From Callorhinchus milii (lineage: Eukaryota), in NCBI RefSeq assembly GCF_018977255.1, contig NW_024704743.1:115136001-115200000 (forward strand): a stretch of DNA of 64,000 nucleotides. Direction: 5' to 3'. The number at the start of each line of letters is the position of its first letter. Within the stretch, counting starts at the first letter, position 1. Shown one piece after another: positions 48,836 to 62,124 of the stretch. The notes under the pieces were generated by a model. It did not search any database and was not told where the DNA came from. It was given only the letters and a program-made list of their open reading frames with translations. Made by a program: the position numbers and the translations under genes.

Positions 48836-49851
48836 GCTCATTTCCCACATTCCATTACCAGGCATGTCATTACCTTTTTAAGGCAAAATGGACTCACTGC
48901 CTGAGACTAGCTGGAATTTCGGGCCTCTGATCTCTTGAATCTACAAAACAGGTTTTGTCCATTTATAAATCCATTGGTCCATTCAGAATTACTGTGTAAA
49001 TTGCAAAGAAAGAAGTATAAAGAAGTCTATGTAAAATGAAGTGACTATGTATTTGGAGGCAAACAGGGCAGCCAATTTGCATACAGCAATGTCCCACAAA
49101 CAGACCAGCTTGATCGATCAGGACACTGGGAGAAACACCTTTCTGTTTTCAAACGGTGCCAATGGGATCTTTAAGGTCCACATGAACACACAGCTAATAG
49201 TATACATGTTCATCCAGTTCAAAAGGATGCAAATTATTCCCACCTTTAATTTGACCTGCACCTCTATGAAATGTAAACTTTAAATGCAAATTTTCTATTT
49301 TGGTGGTAAACTTTAACTATGGTCCTGTGTTCACCTCACAGTGTAAAATACAGCTTAACAAATTGTTCCCTTTACCAGGGAACATAATTAAGTAGAGGCT
49401 GGTGTCTGTCAGAGCGTAAAAAGAGTACATGTGTAAATCCATTCCACAATCTATCCGAAACCCCATTAACAAGATGGAACAGCACCCAGGTCCTAATGGC
49501 CAGGTGTCTGATATGCGATTCTGTGTTAATCAAACCCATTCTGAACACTTTCAAAACGCGTTTCGTTCCAACAATCTGCGAGGTCACAAGTCACATCACG
49601 AACTTTGTGCTCACAGTCCAGGCTGATGGTTCAGTCCAGCGCTGGGAGAGCATCACCTGGTCACAGATGCTGCCCTCGGATGAGGTGTTAAAACCAAGGA
49701 TCTGTCTGTCTGTTCAGGTGTACATGAAAGAATTTTATGGCGCTATTTGAAAAGAGGAGGCAGTTTCTCACAAATTTTAAATACATTTGTCACTTAATTT
49801 GACACTTGGCTGTTTATGGGACCTTACTGCGTGCAAGTTGGCTACTGCATT

Positions 49852-50274
49852 CAACAATCACAACATTTATAGAGCGCCTTTCACGTCGGGAGGATGTCCC
49901 AAGGCACTGTACAGTTGGGTCAGGACCCGAGCAGGGGGGAAATGGTCAGGGTGAGGGGAGGGAAGGGAGGAAGCAAGGAGGGGGTAGAGAGTCGAGAGGG
50001 GAGCTGAAGGCACGGTCAAAGAGAAAGGTCTTGAGACCGGCCTTGAAGGAGGAAAGGGAGGAGGAAAGGCGAAGGCACTGGGGGATGGAGTTTCAGAGCC
50101 TCGGGGCTGAGAGGCTGAAGGCCCGGCCACCAACGGTAGGGCGGTTGGGGAGGGGATGTGGAGCAGACCGGAGCCAGAGGAACGGAGGGTACGGGCAGGT
50201 AAGTGGGGGGATAGTAGGTCAAAGAGGTAGGAGGGAGCAAGGCCGTGAATGGCCTTGTAGGTGAGGATGAGGAT
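49852..50274 (-). mobile_element. Young L2 LINE 3' end
   Basis: ILILTYKAIHGLAPSYLFDLLSPHLPARTLRSSGSGLLH; same subfamily as 18289-19188. Confidence 0.9.
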
Positions 50275-51934
50275 AAATGCAATAACAGATTGCATTTATA
50301 TAGTGCCTTTCATATCAGGCCGATTCACTTACAAATACACAGTAACTACACTCTCTGTGAAATGCTTTGAGATGTTTCAAAGCTACAGGTTAATTTTATT
50401 ATGAAGAAGATCCCTTGAGCCCATTTAATCTCATCCTGTAGTACAGGCTGTGTTATGCACGTGTAAAATAGTCACACGGGCCACAAGTTAGCCACCCTTC
50501 TGTAGAATACCGACCATACCATCTTACTGTCACAGCTGTGTTTTTAATTAAGTCCCATATCCTGCCCGTCTTCATTCTCTCTGTTGACTTCATGCGCTCA
50601 ACGATGATACCCTGAGTGAATGGTGCTGTATAAACACAAATTGTTGTTGTTGTAACTTCATTCCATCTATTACACTCTTCGTAGAGAAAGCCTAATGAGT
50701 GTCTGCACTGAACTTGCCCAACAAACCCTTCAACTTCTGCCCTTTTGTCCTCCTGCTTGATATCTAAAAGGATGGTTTTGAGTTTACTTTATCTCCATTT
50801 AGCACTTTATGCACTTCTCTGAGGATTATAACCCCTCAGACATGTGGATGCAGCTGTGATCGGCTGACTTCTTAGCCATGGCAGCATCACGGTGGGGGGG
50901 TGGAGAGAACTATGAGTAACAGCGATGCAACGAAAGGGACTTCTGATGAGATGGTGAGCGCAATTGTATTCTGTTTCCAGTGAAATCCTATCCACAGCAA
51001 ACATACTGAATGAGGTTATTTCATACATTTTGCTGCACCCGTCAATGCCTTGGGACGTCCTCCTGACACGAAAGGCACTAAACAAATGTAATTTGTTGTT
51101 GCTGTTTTGTATTCGTTTAATCATGTTCAAACATATCACGTTTGATAATTTTGCAGCGAAATTTCCAGCTGTCTTTTCCAACGTAACATTTAATTGACTC
51201 TGGCGTAACATTTTCGACCACCATAACTTGACCGCAGTGAAGTTAAGAGGTGTTACTCTACACAGACAATTGCTTGAACTGTAATCCGTGTGTCCGTTTG
51301 GCAAGCTTTTTGAAGCTGGCATTTGGCACCATAGTGCGATGTGAGAGGGAACTGAGACACAATCTGCCGACACTTAATGGGATCATTCCCTCCCCCCCAA
51401 AGAGCAGTCAGATTAAAAAAGTGCATTTTTTAAAAAAAAATACACAGCTGAAACTTCATTTGGAATTCAAGTTATGTGTGTGACTGTGTGATGGTGTTCA
51501 AAAAGAGAAGTGAGCTTTTCCTGGTGTCCTGGCCTACAATCCCTTGGATAAAAATAGTCATCCACTTCATGATTGTGTATGGGACATTCCTGTCTGCAAA
51601 TTTACTGCCACATTTGCCAACAAATCTCATAAAGTGTTCACAAAGCTCTAAACCTTTGAGTTATTTCCCATTGTATTTTAAGCAACCGTCCTCCACATCC
51701 ATAGACATACACAACTACACACACACCTGGTTCACCAATTGTGATTTTTTTGGTATTAAACTGTTTATTTGTGTTGGATTTTATTGATGTGTATTCATTT
51801 ACTTACCTCACTCTCTGGAGCTATGTTCCATCTTTGATGCTCTTACCAACCTTGCCATGAACCCTGAGAGGTGAACTATGCAGAGCTCAGCACTAGGAGA
51901 CCTTTAGTAAGCTGCTGGTAATCATTTTTTTTAC

Positions 51935-52110
51935 TATGAGTAAGATCATAAGATTGTTGGAGAGGTTCAGATGAATCTTCAGCCCATTCTTCCAGCATAG
52001 CTGCACACATAACTCCTTCCGTCAATCTTCCAGTCACAGCATCGAGCCGTTTTTTCAATGAGTCCAGAGTCCCAGCCTCCACCACTCTTCCTGGTAACCT
52101 CATTCCAGAT
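51935..52110 (-). mobile_element. CR1 3' fragment
   Basis: Reverse frame LPGRVVEAGTLDSLKKRLD plus the tail aatgggctgaag. Confidence 0.7.
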
Positions 52111-52458
52111 TTCCTGATGTCGGTCCTGAAATCGCAGGTTAAGAGGCCCTGAACCCATGCTTCCTTTGCTTTCTTAATAACTGGTGTATCCCAACGCTTT
52201 GGGACGTCCTCCCGATGTGAAAGGGATTATACAAATGTAATTTTGTTGTTGTTCTTGTTCTTATTTATGCAACTTAACTACAATTTCACACTCCATTTTT
52301 CTACAGATAAGTGTAGAAAGATGGAGTGCACAGCAATCTAGGTAAATGAATGGGACTCTATTACGTGTAATACCGTTAGATCTTCAGGAATGAGGATTCA
52401 AATTCCGAAAATCGAACTTTGAGGTTTTCAAAGCTATTTCTTCCATTCTGGATTACAG

Positions 52459-52560
52459 GACTCTGGACTGACCCCCATTATGATCGCTGTTCGAGACAAC
52501 AAGCTGGCGATTGTGGAGAGACTACTTGAACTGGGAGCCACACTCAGTGATCGGTTAAAG
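52459..52560 (+). CDS. TRPN1: TRPN1 coding exon 2 (one ankyrin repeat)
   Basis: Acceptor attacag|GAC; DSGLTPIMIAVRDNKLAIVERLLELGATLSDRLK (ankyrin GxTP...IVxxLLxxGA); donor AAG|gtcagt; 102 nt, phase 0-0; too short for the supplied ORF track. Confidence 0.9.
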
Positions 52561-55500
52561 GTCAGTCCTGAGTAACATGCATTATTCCTGGTAATAATAT
52601 TATTCCTGGTAAGACTTTGTAAACTTTACAGAACCCCCGGTCTGTGTTACGTCCTGAGTTTGTCACTCCAGTGTTACTACCTAATCTATTGCTTTGAGCA
52701 TGAAGTCCCAAAATGGTCATTGGCCATCACATCATTGTTTGCGGGATATTGCTGAGTGCAAATTGGCTGCCATGTTTGCCCACAAAAAACAGTCACTGCA
52801 CTTTAAAGTATATCCTGTGAAGAGCTTTCAGAAATCCTCCTGATGTAAGGAGGGGACATGATCTAAGTCTTTAAAGTCATGTGTGACATGGGTGTAGTTC
52901 ATTTGAGTTGTATCATGAAACATTTTTTTAAAATTCAAGTGGGAGCTACATTTTAGACAAGGATTTTTTTTGCACCAAAAATGTCACCAGCAAAAATGAT
53001 CCCATTGCACATTTTCACTGCAATTCATAACCGTAACCTGGAGATTGGTGCTTAGTTGGCATCTATTGTATTTTTGGTGCTTAATGGTGTGATCTTAGCT
53101 TCATTAGTAGCACCGTCAATACTAGGTCAGAAAGTTGTGGGGTTCAAACTTTGTATCGAGACTCAAGGTCACAGTGTAAGTCTGACCATCCAGGACAGTT
53201 TGGGATGGGAACGGGTGTGGTGGGAAGAGAGAGAAGAGAGCTGAACTGAATTTCCATTTGCAGTTAAGACGTTAAACCGAGGGCCCATCTATCTGTTCTT
53301 CAGGTGCATGTTGAAAATCCCATGCCTTGTTTCAGAAGAGAAATAAGTTTTGTTCAGTGTGCAATCCTCCAGCTAAAATTGATTATTCATTTCACGCTTG
53401 CTTGTAGGACTTCGCCATAGGAAAAATGGCTGCTGAAATAATTTATTGTAAAGTGCCTTGAGTGTTTCAGCCTGGTTCAGTTGGTATCACTCTCATTTCT
53501 GAGCATGGACTACTCATGGACTATCCCAATGCCCTCCTCGCTGGTCTCCCCAGCTCCACCATACACAAAATTCAATTCACTCAAAACTCCACTGCCTGGA
53601 TATTCACCTGCACAAAACTCCGTACCCCCATCACACCAGTCCTTGCCAGGCTCCACTGCTCCCAATTTCTGAATGGATCGATTTCAAGATCTTTTCACTT
53701 ATTTTAAAATCGCTTCACGCCCTCGCATCTCCCTACCTTGACGGAGATAGACCAGCGAGGAGGGCATTTGAATAGTCCATACTCAGAAACGAGAGTGATA
53801 TGAACCATGACGGAGCACGGCGTCAAGCTAGGGGAGGTGACCGTAGGCACGGTCAAAGAGGGAGGTTTAAACCTGTAGCATATTATTATCGGAGTGATTA
53901 TAGCACCTGTAGTTTATTATAGTGATTATAGCTTAGTGGTTAGAGCACCCGCCTCGCATGCAAGAAGACCTGGGTTTGATTCCCGGCAGGGCAAGTTGTT
54001 GGGCATGTTTCTTTACTTCATATGCCTCTGTTTACCTAGCAGTAAATAGGAACCTGGTTGTTAGTCGATTGGTAGAACGCATTTCTGGAGGTAATAATAC
54101 CTTCAAAATAATAATAATAATTTGGTCACTTAATCCATTCAGCCACTACATCCCGAAACTCTGAAACTCTCTCCCTCAATCCCTCCACCTTGCCCCCTCC
54201 TTCCCCATTTTCAAATCCCGTCTAAAGACCTTCCTTTTTGATCTTGCTTATGGTCACCTCCCCCCTCCCTCTCCCCCCGGCTCGGGGTAGGATTCTGTCA
54301 CTGTCAAGTGCTTCAGAACGCTACCCTACGTGAAGGGCATTATATAAATGCAAGTTGTTTTTGTTGCCTGATGCTATATCTTGTTTGACTAATTGACTAG
54401 TGTTTATCTAAGATAAACATTGGCTGGCTGCCTCACATAGCAATTAAACATCCTTATATTGAGCTTGTTAAGGCACTGAGTCATTTTTGGACTGTTTCCT
54501 GGGACAGAAAGTAGCAGAGAGGCACAGAACACTGGAGGACTCGAACATTTGGCTACTTCACGTGGGGATGTACGGAACCAGGGAAAAAGTAACGTCACAA
54601 AGTAATATGGCAACTGGTTTATTGTATTTTTTAGATAACACTATGTCTAAATTGCAATATTGGCAAAAAGATGGGAAGTGCTAACAGAGACTTCCATTTG
54701 TTTCAAACATTCACTTCATGGCCAGTTGTGATTTCCCCAAAGCTAATGAAAGGTGGCAGAGCATGTTCCTGTTTACGTGCCTACACTGACTTCCTACCAC
54801 TCTTACACATCCAGTTCCCTCCTAGTCAGGCTCCAGCGCAGTGCTTGACATGTCATCGTTTGAGACATTAAACCACAGACATTCTGCCTGTTAAAGATCC
54901 AGTGACACCATTGGAAAAGAGAATTGAACTTAGGTCTATGGCTTGCAAAGCGAGTGCTCTAACCACTGAGCTACAGGACTCCAGATCATTCATGCTCATG
55001 GCTATGGGTTGGTGGGAGTCAGCTTTGTGCAAAATGGAGCTGTCGCAAACTGCCTCCAAAAACAGTGGCTACACTTAACAATAATTACCTTGGCTTGTTT
55101 TGAATGCAAAAATGTGATGAATTCAAGTTCCTTCCTTATGAGAAGAGATTATTTGGAACACCCGACTTCAAAACTCATGTCTCCAAATAGCTGACAAGTG
55201 CTTGAACGGACCTCCACTGAATAGCCAAGTTTTTCAAATTCCCTTCCCTCAATGTGATGTGCCTACAAATGAGGCCGTCTGCAGAGAGGGAGGTCTCTCA
55301 ATGAAAAGTCAACGCAAGTCAGAGAATGGCCTGTGAAACAGCCTGGGATTTGAGCTGACCTTTGCAAGAGATTTACTTGCCTTGGGTTTGCTGCTTGCAG
55401 CTAGGTTACCGCTGCTAATAACGCTATACAATAAAGCAGAGAAGAGTGCAGAGACACACAGAAGCCTCTGAATTACTATCAGGAACTGGCTTGGATTCTT

Positions 55501-57064
55501 AAAATGCGAGAGAGAAGCACAATAAAAAGGTTCTGTTAAAAGGTGAATTCCTGCACAGATTTCTTTCCAAGTGAACATTTTGCTCTTGGCGTCTTTGGCT
55601 TATGTTTCCCAAGACGTTGTGAGGAGGGTTGTGATGCGAGGAGGTATTCATGTAGCTGCAGAAGTGGATGAGATGAACTTAACAGCTGTGTTGGAGAAAG
55701 ATAAGCTTTGAATTTAAGGATTTTCCGTAGTTTTGCAAGCTCTGAAATTTTAAGACAAAATAATCTGATAATAATAATCATTGCAATTGATATAATGCTT
55801 TATCACGTCTTTGAGATGTCTCAAAGCGCATCACAGAATACACTGTAAAAAGAATTGACCTTATTTTGTGGCCAAAACGCGGCAGCTAATTGCACACAGT
55901 AATGTTCCAAAAACTCAGTTAAACAGCATCAGTGCTTTTTAGGTTATGTATATTGTGAGGCTTCATTGTTAGGGATTTAACAGTTTCTGGTTTGCAAGTA
56001 GTTTTATTAGGTGATGATGATCTTAGTTTGGCTGAACACTTCCTCTCTGGTTTAAACTTATTATGGGCAGATGATTGAGTTATGAGTGGTAACCATTTCA
56101 TAGGGAACAGGACGGTCAAAGCCCTGCTCAGAAGCTGTGAAACACTGATGTGGTTTAACACAATTTGTGTTTGATTAACCCCCCACCCCCCGGATGAATA
56201 CCTCAGTCTGAGGGAGGTGTTGAGATAACTGGGCATTGCACTCATCAATGACCCAAGTGTTTGACTCTTAATTAATATCTCCTAGACTTGTATCGCAAGC
56301 TCTCAGACATGAGCCATCACAATGGGCATCATTTGAGTGCGGTGGGAGATGATGCATTGCCCATGGCCAATCTCCACTGGAGCGGTGATTCGTGTGTAGG
56401 CTTGATATTGGAACATTTCCAAATTGGGCTTTAAGTCAAGGTTGGCTGGCATTGTTGACAGATTTATTGACTGAATTTTAATCACAGGGACACTGCACAG
56501 GCCTGTTACTTTCAACTTACTTTCAACTTGACCATTGCTGGTTGGCAAAAGAGAGACATCATTGACACCTCTGTTGAGTGTAAATGTTAATAATAATAGT
56601 TCTTGCATTTGATATGGCACTTTTCACGTCTTCTAGACGTCTCAAAGCACTTCACAGAATATACTGTAAAGTGAATTGACTGTAAATTTGTGGGCGAAAC
56701 AGCAGCGTCCCACAAACAACCGTGGATTGAAGTGACCAATTTATTATTGTTTTTTTTCTTGAGGGATTATTATTAGGCGTGGGGAGTAAGGAAACTTGCC
56801 CAAGGTTTCACCCTGCTGCGAATCGAACCCAGGTCTCTCGCTTGTTTGGTATTGTCTGCCCTGTGACAGGCAACGGCTCAACAAACACAGACCCACGGCA
56901 GTAGAGACTTGAACTGTTCATTTTCATCATCATGAAATTATTATTATTAATAATAACAATAAATTCCTGGAATACAGTTACATTTGTTGGAAACCCACAA
57001 CAGCAATGTGGAACATTTTAGATATATTTGATATGCAGTATCTGCACTTGTACCTGCAAACGAT

Positions 57065-57152
57065 GGAGAGAATGCCAGTCACAGGGAAACCACGCCACAA
57101 TAGATGGTGATGGGTTTCTTGCTGTCAGATACCCAGCTGACCAAAAAGCCGC
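57065..57152 (+). repeat. Unclassified repeat (copy 6, 3' end only)
   Basis: atggtgatgggtttcttgctgtcagatacccagctgaccaaaaagcc matches the 3' terminus of copy 5. Confidence 0.6.
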
Positions 57153-57884
57153 TCCACATATTTAAATGGCTATTCAAATCGGGAAATCTTTGTGGATTTT
57201 TAGTTCAGAGTTTCGGGTTCAAGCTGGAGTGTGTTCCTTCTCTGCACCCTACCAGCCCCTCAACCCCAAGCCACTGTATCTGGAAAACCTTCCCTAAATC
57301 TCTCCACTCGACCCTCTCTGCCTTTAGAAGCCTTCTGAAAACCTACCTATTCAACCGTGGAGCTGTTTCCTCCCCTGCTGCTGTCTCTAAAGTGCATCGA
57401 GATGTTGCTGTACTTTATGGGAAAGGCATGCTATAAATACAGTTTGTTGCTGTTCTTGCTGTTTCTGCAATGCGACATTCTACAAAGAAGCAAAGTAAAC
57501 TGTTATTTGGAAACAGCTTTGTTTGCCCGCAAAACACAGTCACCCCACTTTACAATAATAATAATAATCCTTGCATTTGGAACAGTACCTTATCATGTCG
57601 TTGAGACGTCTCAAAGTGCTTCACAGAATATACTGTAGTGAATTGATTATATTTTGTGCTACCAAATCGCAGTAGCCAATTGCACATTTTTTTTTGAAGG
57701 GATTATTACCCCCGTTAAGTGATCCGCCAATCAACTAACTCCTACTTACTACTAGGTAAACAGAAGTGTGTGAAGTTAGGAAACTTGCCTTAGGTTCCGC
57801 CCTGTCTGGGAGTATATCCTGTGAAGCAGTTTGGGAGGTCCTCCAGACTTGCAATACCAAATCAAGGATTATTATTATTATAGA

Positions 57885-59562
57885 GCCCCATGTTGTTCAT
57901 GAAGAATGACTTGAATTAATTCCTCTGAAAACTGTTAAAAAAGGGTTGGATTGTTACGAGGTTCTTACTCCAACTGTCAGTAAATACAATGGATTTCAGA
58001 AGTGTTCCTGCATCGTGACGGATGGTGCAAAATCAATGATTAGCTGCAAAAAGGTTTGGTAGGTTTGCTGAAACAAAATGGAGTTGAATGTACTACCATC
58101 CACTGCATCAGACACCAGGCGTCTCTTTGCGGAAAACCAGTGAAAATGAGTAATGTGATGACTAGTCTCATCAAAGTGATCAATATTATCTCTAGCGGAA
58201 ATCAAGTACAGAGTCACAGAAAGTTCAAAAACTTCCTTGAAGAATTAGATGCAGAATATCAGGATTTACCTCTTTATGTTGAGTTGGCTGAATGCGCGCA
58301 ACTGTCTTGTGCAGTTTTTTATATTTATAAAGGAGGTACTTTCATTTCTCAAGGAACATATAAAGAGCAACACTGTGCAGTTTGAAGAGGACGATCCAAC
58401 TTACCTATGTACATTGGCTTTTTTAAAAGACATAACAAACCATCTCAACATTCTCAATCTTCAACTACAGGGTAGAATTCAGAATATTTTGCAAATTATG
58501 GGGGATGTTGACAGGTTCCGCATAAAACTACAACTGTTGAACTCATCCCTCTTGCAGAATGACCTCACTCATTTTCCTTCATAATAATAATCCTTGAATT
58601 TGGTATAGCACCTAATCACATTTTCGAGACGTTTCAAAGCACTTCATAGAATATAATGTAAGTGAATTGACTCTATGTTTTATGGCCATTTATCATGCAT
58701 GGAACTTGCAACTGAGCTTGATGAGGCTGATTTTCGCAGCTTTTCGTAAATCATAATAGAGCTATTGGATGAATTCAGTGCCAGATTTGCAGATTTTGAG
58801 AGTCTGAGGTCCAGTGTCCCAACTATTCAACAATCCGATGGAGATGACGATTGAGCAGTAACCAAAAGATCTTCAGCTGGAGATGTGTGAACTTCAGGGT
58901 GACCCTTTGTTCCTCTCAAGGAAGAATGAGATTCATGAAAACTTCTGGAAAATTATTCCTAAGGATCGTTTTCCTAAATTAAATGACTTTGCACCGAAGA
59001 TGTGTTCTATGTGCTTTTCTCCAACTTGCCACGACTGAATTTGAAGTTGACATTAGAGCTCTGGTTCAAGAGAAACATTTTCCACTGTGTTCACACTGAG
59101 ACATTTAATGGTTCTCTGAAGTGTCAAGGAAATATATGTTAACTAAAATAATTTGATTATATATAGATTTAGAGTGGATTGTATGAAAATTGGTTTGTAT
59201 ATTGTTGATATTTTGAATTATTCAAAACCATCATTATTCAAAAGTATCTTTATTCTGTTCCTGTGTTAGTTTTGCAATTATGGGTTAATCTCTTTGGGTT
59301 TTGTTGAGCATTCTCTGTTGAGCCTTCATGTGCTGAGTTGATATCTTGTGTTTTGACTTTAATACATTAAAAAAAAGTTGCATTTACTTCCATTTGAGAT
59401 GATCATTATTAAGTAACACAGTCACACAATTTAAAGCATAGGATTTCTATATGATTCTTTATATTTTTGGAAGGAAAAAACAAAAAATATTGCTTATGAG
59501 CCCACGGACATCTCTCACATGTAAAATCTGGCCCTCAACACCAAAAAGTTTGGACCACCCTG
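57885..59562 (+). mobile_element. Decayed hAT (Charlie/Buster-type, GTF2IRD2/EPM2AIP1-like) DNA transposon, 5' end missing
   Basis: Frameshifted transposase: LELIPLKT..., CIVTDGAKSM (catalytic Asp), IHCIRHQASLC (CxxH), HRKFKNFLEELDAEYQDLP, LAFLKDITNHLNILNLQLQG, DEFSARFADF, DLQLEMCELQ, FWK...FPKL; right TIR aaaaagtttggaccaccctg ends at 59562; SINE tail inserted at ~58582-58690. Confidence 0.88.
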
Positions 59563-61844
59563 CATTAAAGGAATATCAGCCAATTAATTTGTTCCTTGGT
59601 CAGAGGAAGGTTGGTGTAAGCAGCTTCTCTACCCTAATACATTCTGTGGGGTGTACAGAGACCAATGCCACTGCAACAACATTTATAATAAGACTCATGA
59701 TGGTTGTGCATTACTTTCAATGCTTTTTATCAATTGCATTTTAAGAGAGCTAAATCCAGCAACTGGGTCATTGACTTGATCTGTATGTACTGTACAGAGT
59801 GAGGTGGCCACCAAAGTATTCCACGCAAAAGGCCATAGAGGTTTTCTGCTTGACAGTCTATTAAGTATGTTGGGTGGAACAAAGAGTGCAGTGTCGAGAG
59901 CACCAACAAAGATACCAGTTCTTGTAATCTAAAGCATTGTGCCAAGGTCTGTTATATTAGCCGTACATCGTTTATATATCAAAGTATTGCCACCTGTCAT
60001 ATTGTCTCAAATGTCACGGTTCTTTGCTGTCAAGGGTAGTGACTGTGTATTTCTAGGTAAGCATGTTAGCCAATTTGCACACAGCAAGATCCTACAAATA
60101 GTTGTGAAGTGACAGACCAATTTCTTTTTTAATTGACTGTTAGCCAGGACCGGCAAAAATTTCCTTCTCTTTTTGTATGGCTGCAAATACACAGTGGGTA
60201 CTGCAGTTCATCATCTGGTAAATCCTGTGAAGCACTTTGAGATGTTTTAAAGCTGTGATAAGGAACTATATCAAATGCAAGAATCTGTAATTATTGTATT
60301 AATGTCACTAACACCCATCTGAACTGGCAACAGCATTATAATGACAGACGATACCTCTGCCAATTCAGTGCTCTCCCAGCTCTGCAATGTGCGCTCAAAG
60401 CCTGACCTGATGTTTGAACCTTCTGACCAAGTGGTAAGAGTGTTACCGACTGAGACAGGCTGAATTACTAATCTACCGAGTTCATCTAATGCAAAGGAAT
60501 CTTCTGAAATGCAGGGAAGGGAGAAAGTGAGTGAGACGGGGAGGAGGGAAAGATTGAGTGACAGAGGGAGGCCAGAGTTACTTTTCCCTACATTCTACTT
60601 TGTTGCTTAAACTTTGCTTTAAACCAGGGCCCATCTGGCCCGATGGGTGATTTCATTCAGCCCGAGTCCATTTCCACTACCGGCCTGAAGTTGGAAATGG
60701 TTATGGGCTGGATCTAAATCATCCGCTGGGCTGAGTGATTGATAGGAAAGTGAGGGCCGAGTTTCGTGGTTCGAGACAGACAATCGGAGTCTCCCTCGGC
60801 CATCATGGGGGAGACCAAGGACAGACACCGAGTGATGCATCGTATAATTTCCTCACAGAAAATTCCTTCTTCTCCAGTGAAAAACTCCTCTATGTCCTTC
60901 ATTCCCTCACCGCCCCCAACACATCGCCCACCGCCCTCCCACCCTACCTTTGTGACCTCCTGACCTGGCCATTCCCTTTGCTGTGCGCAATTGGCTGCCA
61001 TGTTTGCCCACAAGTATACAATTCATTTTATGGTATATTTGGTGAAAGGCTTTGAGGCGGCTTGAAAACATGATAAGTCGCTATATCAAATGCAGGATTA
61101 CTATATTATTATAATTATTCAGAAAATCAAATTATTCAATGCAGAGTAGGAAGAGTTCAAAGTCAGGTGAATTGAATCGTCAGATCAGCACCCACATGGA
61201 CCTTCACCTCAATTTCTCAGTAGAATGTAGTTCAGAAATTGCCTGTATCGTGAAGCTGTTGTGCAAATCAATGACTGGAACAAACTGGCCACAGCCACAT
61301 GAACCTGTGACACAACAATAGCTGCCATATAATCTCACTGACGGGGTCCTGAATGCAAAAATTACCCAAACCAAACTCCATACCCACATCTCACCAGTTC
61401 TGGCCAGGCTCCACTGGCTCCCCTTCACCAAACGGATCGACTTCAAGATCCTCACTCTTGCGTTCAAATCCCTTCACTCCTGGCACCTCCCTACCTCTCC
61501 AACCTGCTCCCTCCACCAATCCACCACCCGGCAACTTTGCTCAACTTCGCCAACAGAGTCAGGCTCACATGACATCTATTTGTTGAGGAGGGTGGATTTA
61601 CGGTTACAGGGACAGTACCAGCTCCAATTGAGCTTTAGGAAGCGAGCATAAGTAGAGAGAAAGTCAATGGTTATGGGATCAATGGTGGTGGTCAATGCAC
61701 ATTGGATGAACGTACTTGTGAGAAGAATAGCCTTGATGGACTAGTTTGACTTTCCATGTCATCTTCAGCTCTTATGATTTAAGTTGATGCTCACCCCCAA
61801 TGTACTGACTTTGTTGTAATATGTTCCCCATTCTTTTATTTCAG

Positions 61845-61943
61845 GACGGACGCACCGCTCTACACTTGGCTGCAGCCCACTCAAAGGATGAAATTGTTCG
61901 GCTGCTTTTGGCGAAGAAAGCGGACCCCAATCTGACTGGCGGA
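61845..61943 (+). CDS. TRPN1: TRPN1 coding exon 3 (one ankyrin repeat); the gene continues beyond the window
   Basis: Acceptor ttcttttatttcag|GAC; DGRTALHLAAAHSKDEIVRLLLAKKADPNLTGG (AAAHSKDEIVRLL is as recalled for fish TRPN1); donor GGA|gtaagt; 99 nt, phase 0-0. Confidence 0.92.
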
Positions 61944-62124
61944 GTAAGTCCACAATCACTGCACTGCCTGTGTGATATGTATTGTGTGATAGCATTTGCT
62001 TCCGAAACACATTGAGGTTTATAGCACCCCATTCAATAAAGGGGGCAAAGTTGTGCAGTTCGTAAGAATATAATAACATAAGAATTTGCTAGGCGAAAGA
62101 AGACCAAGGTCCATTGGCATTAAA

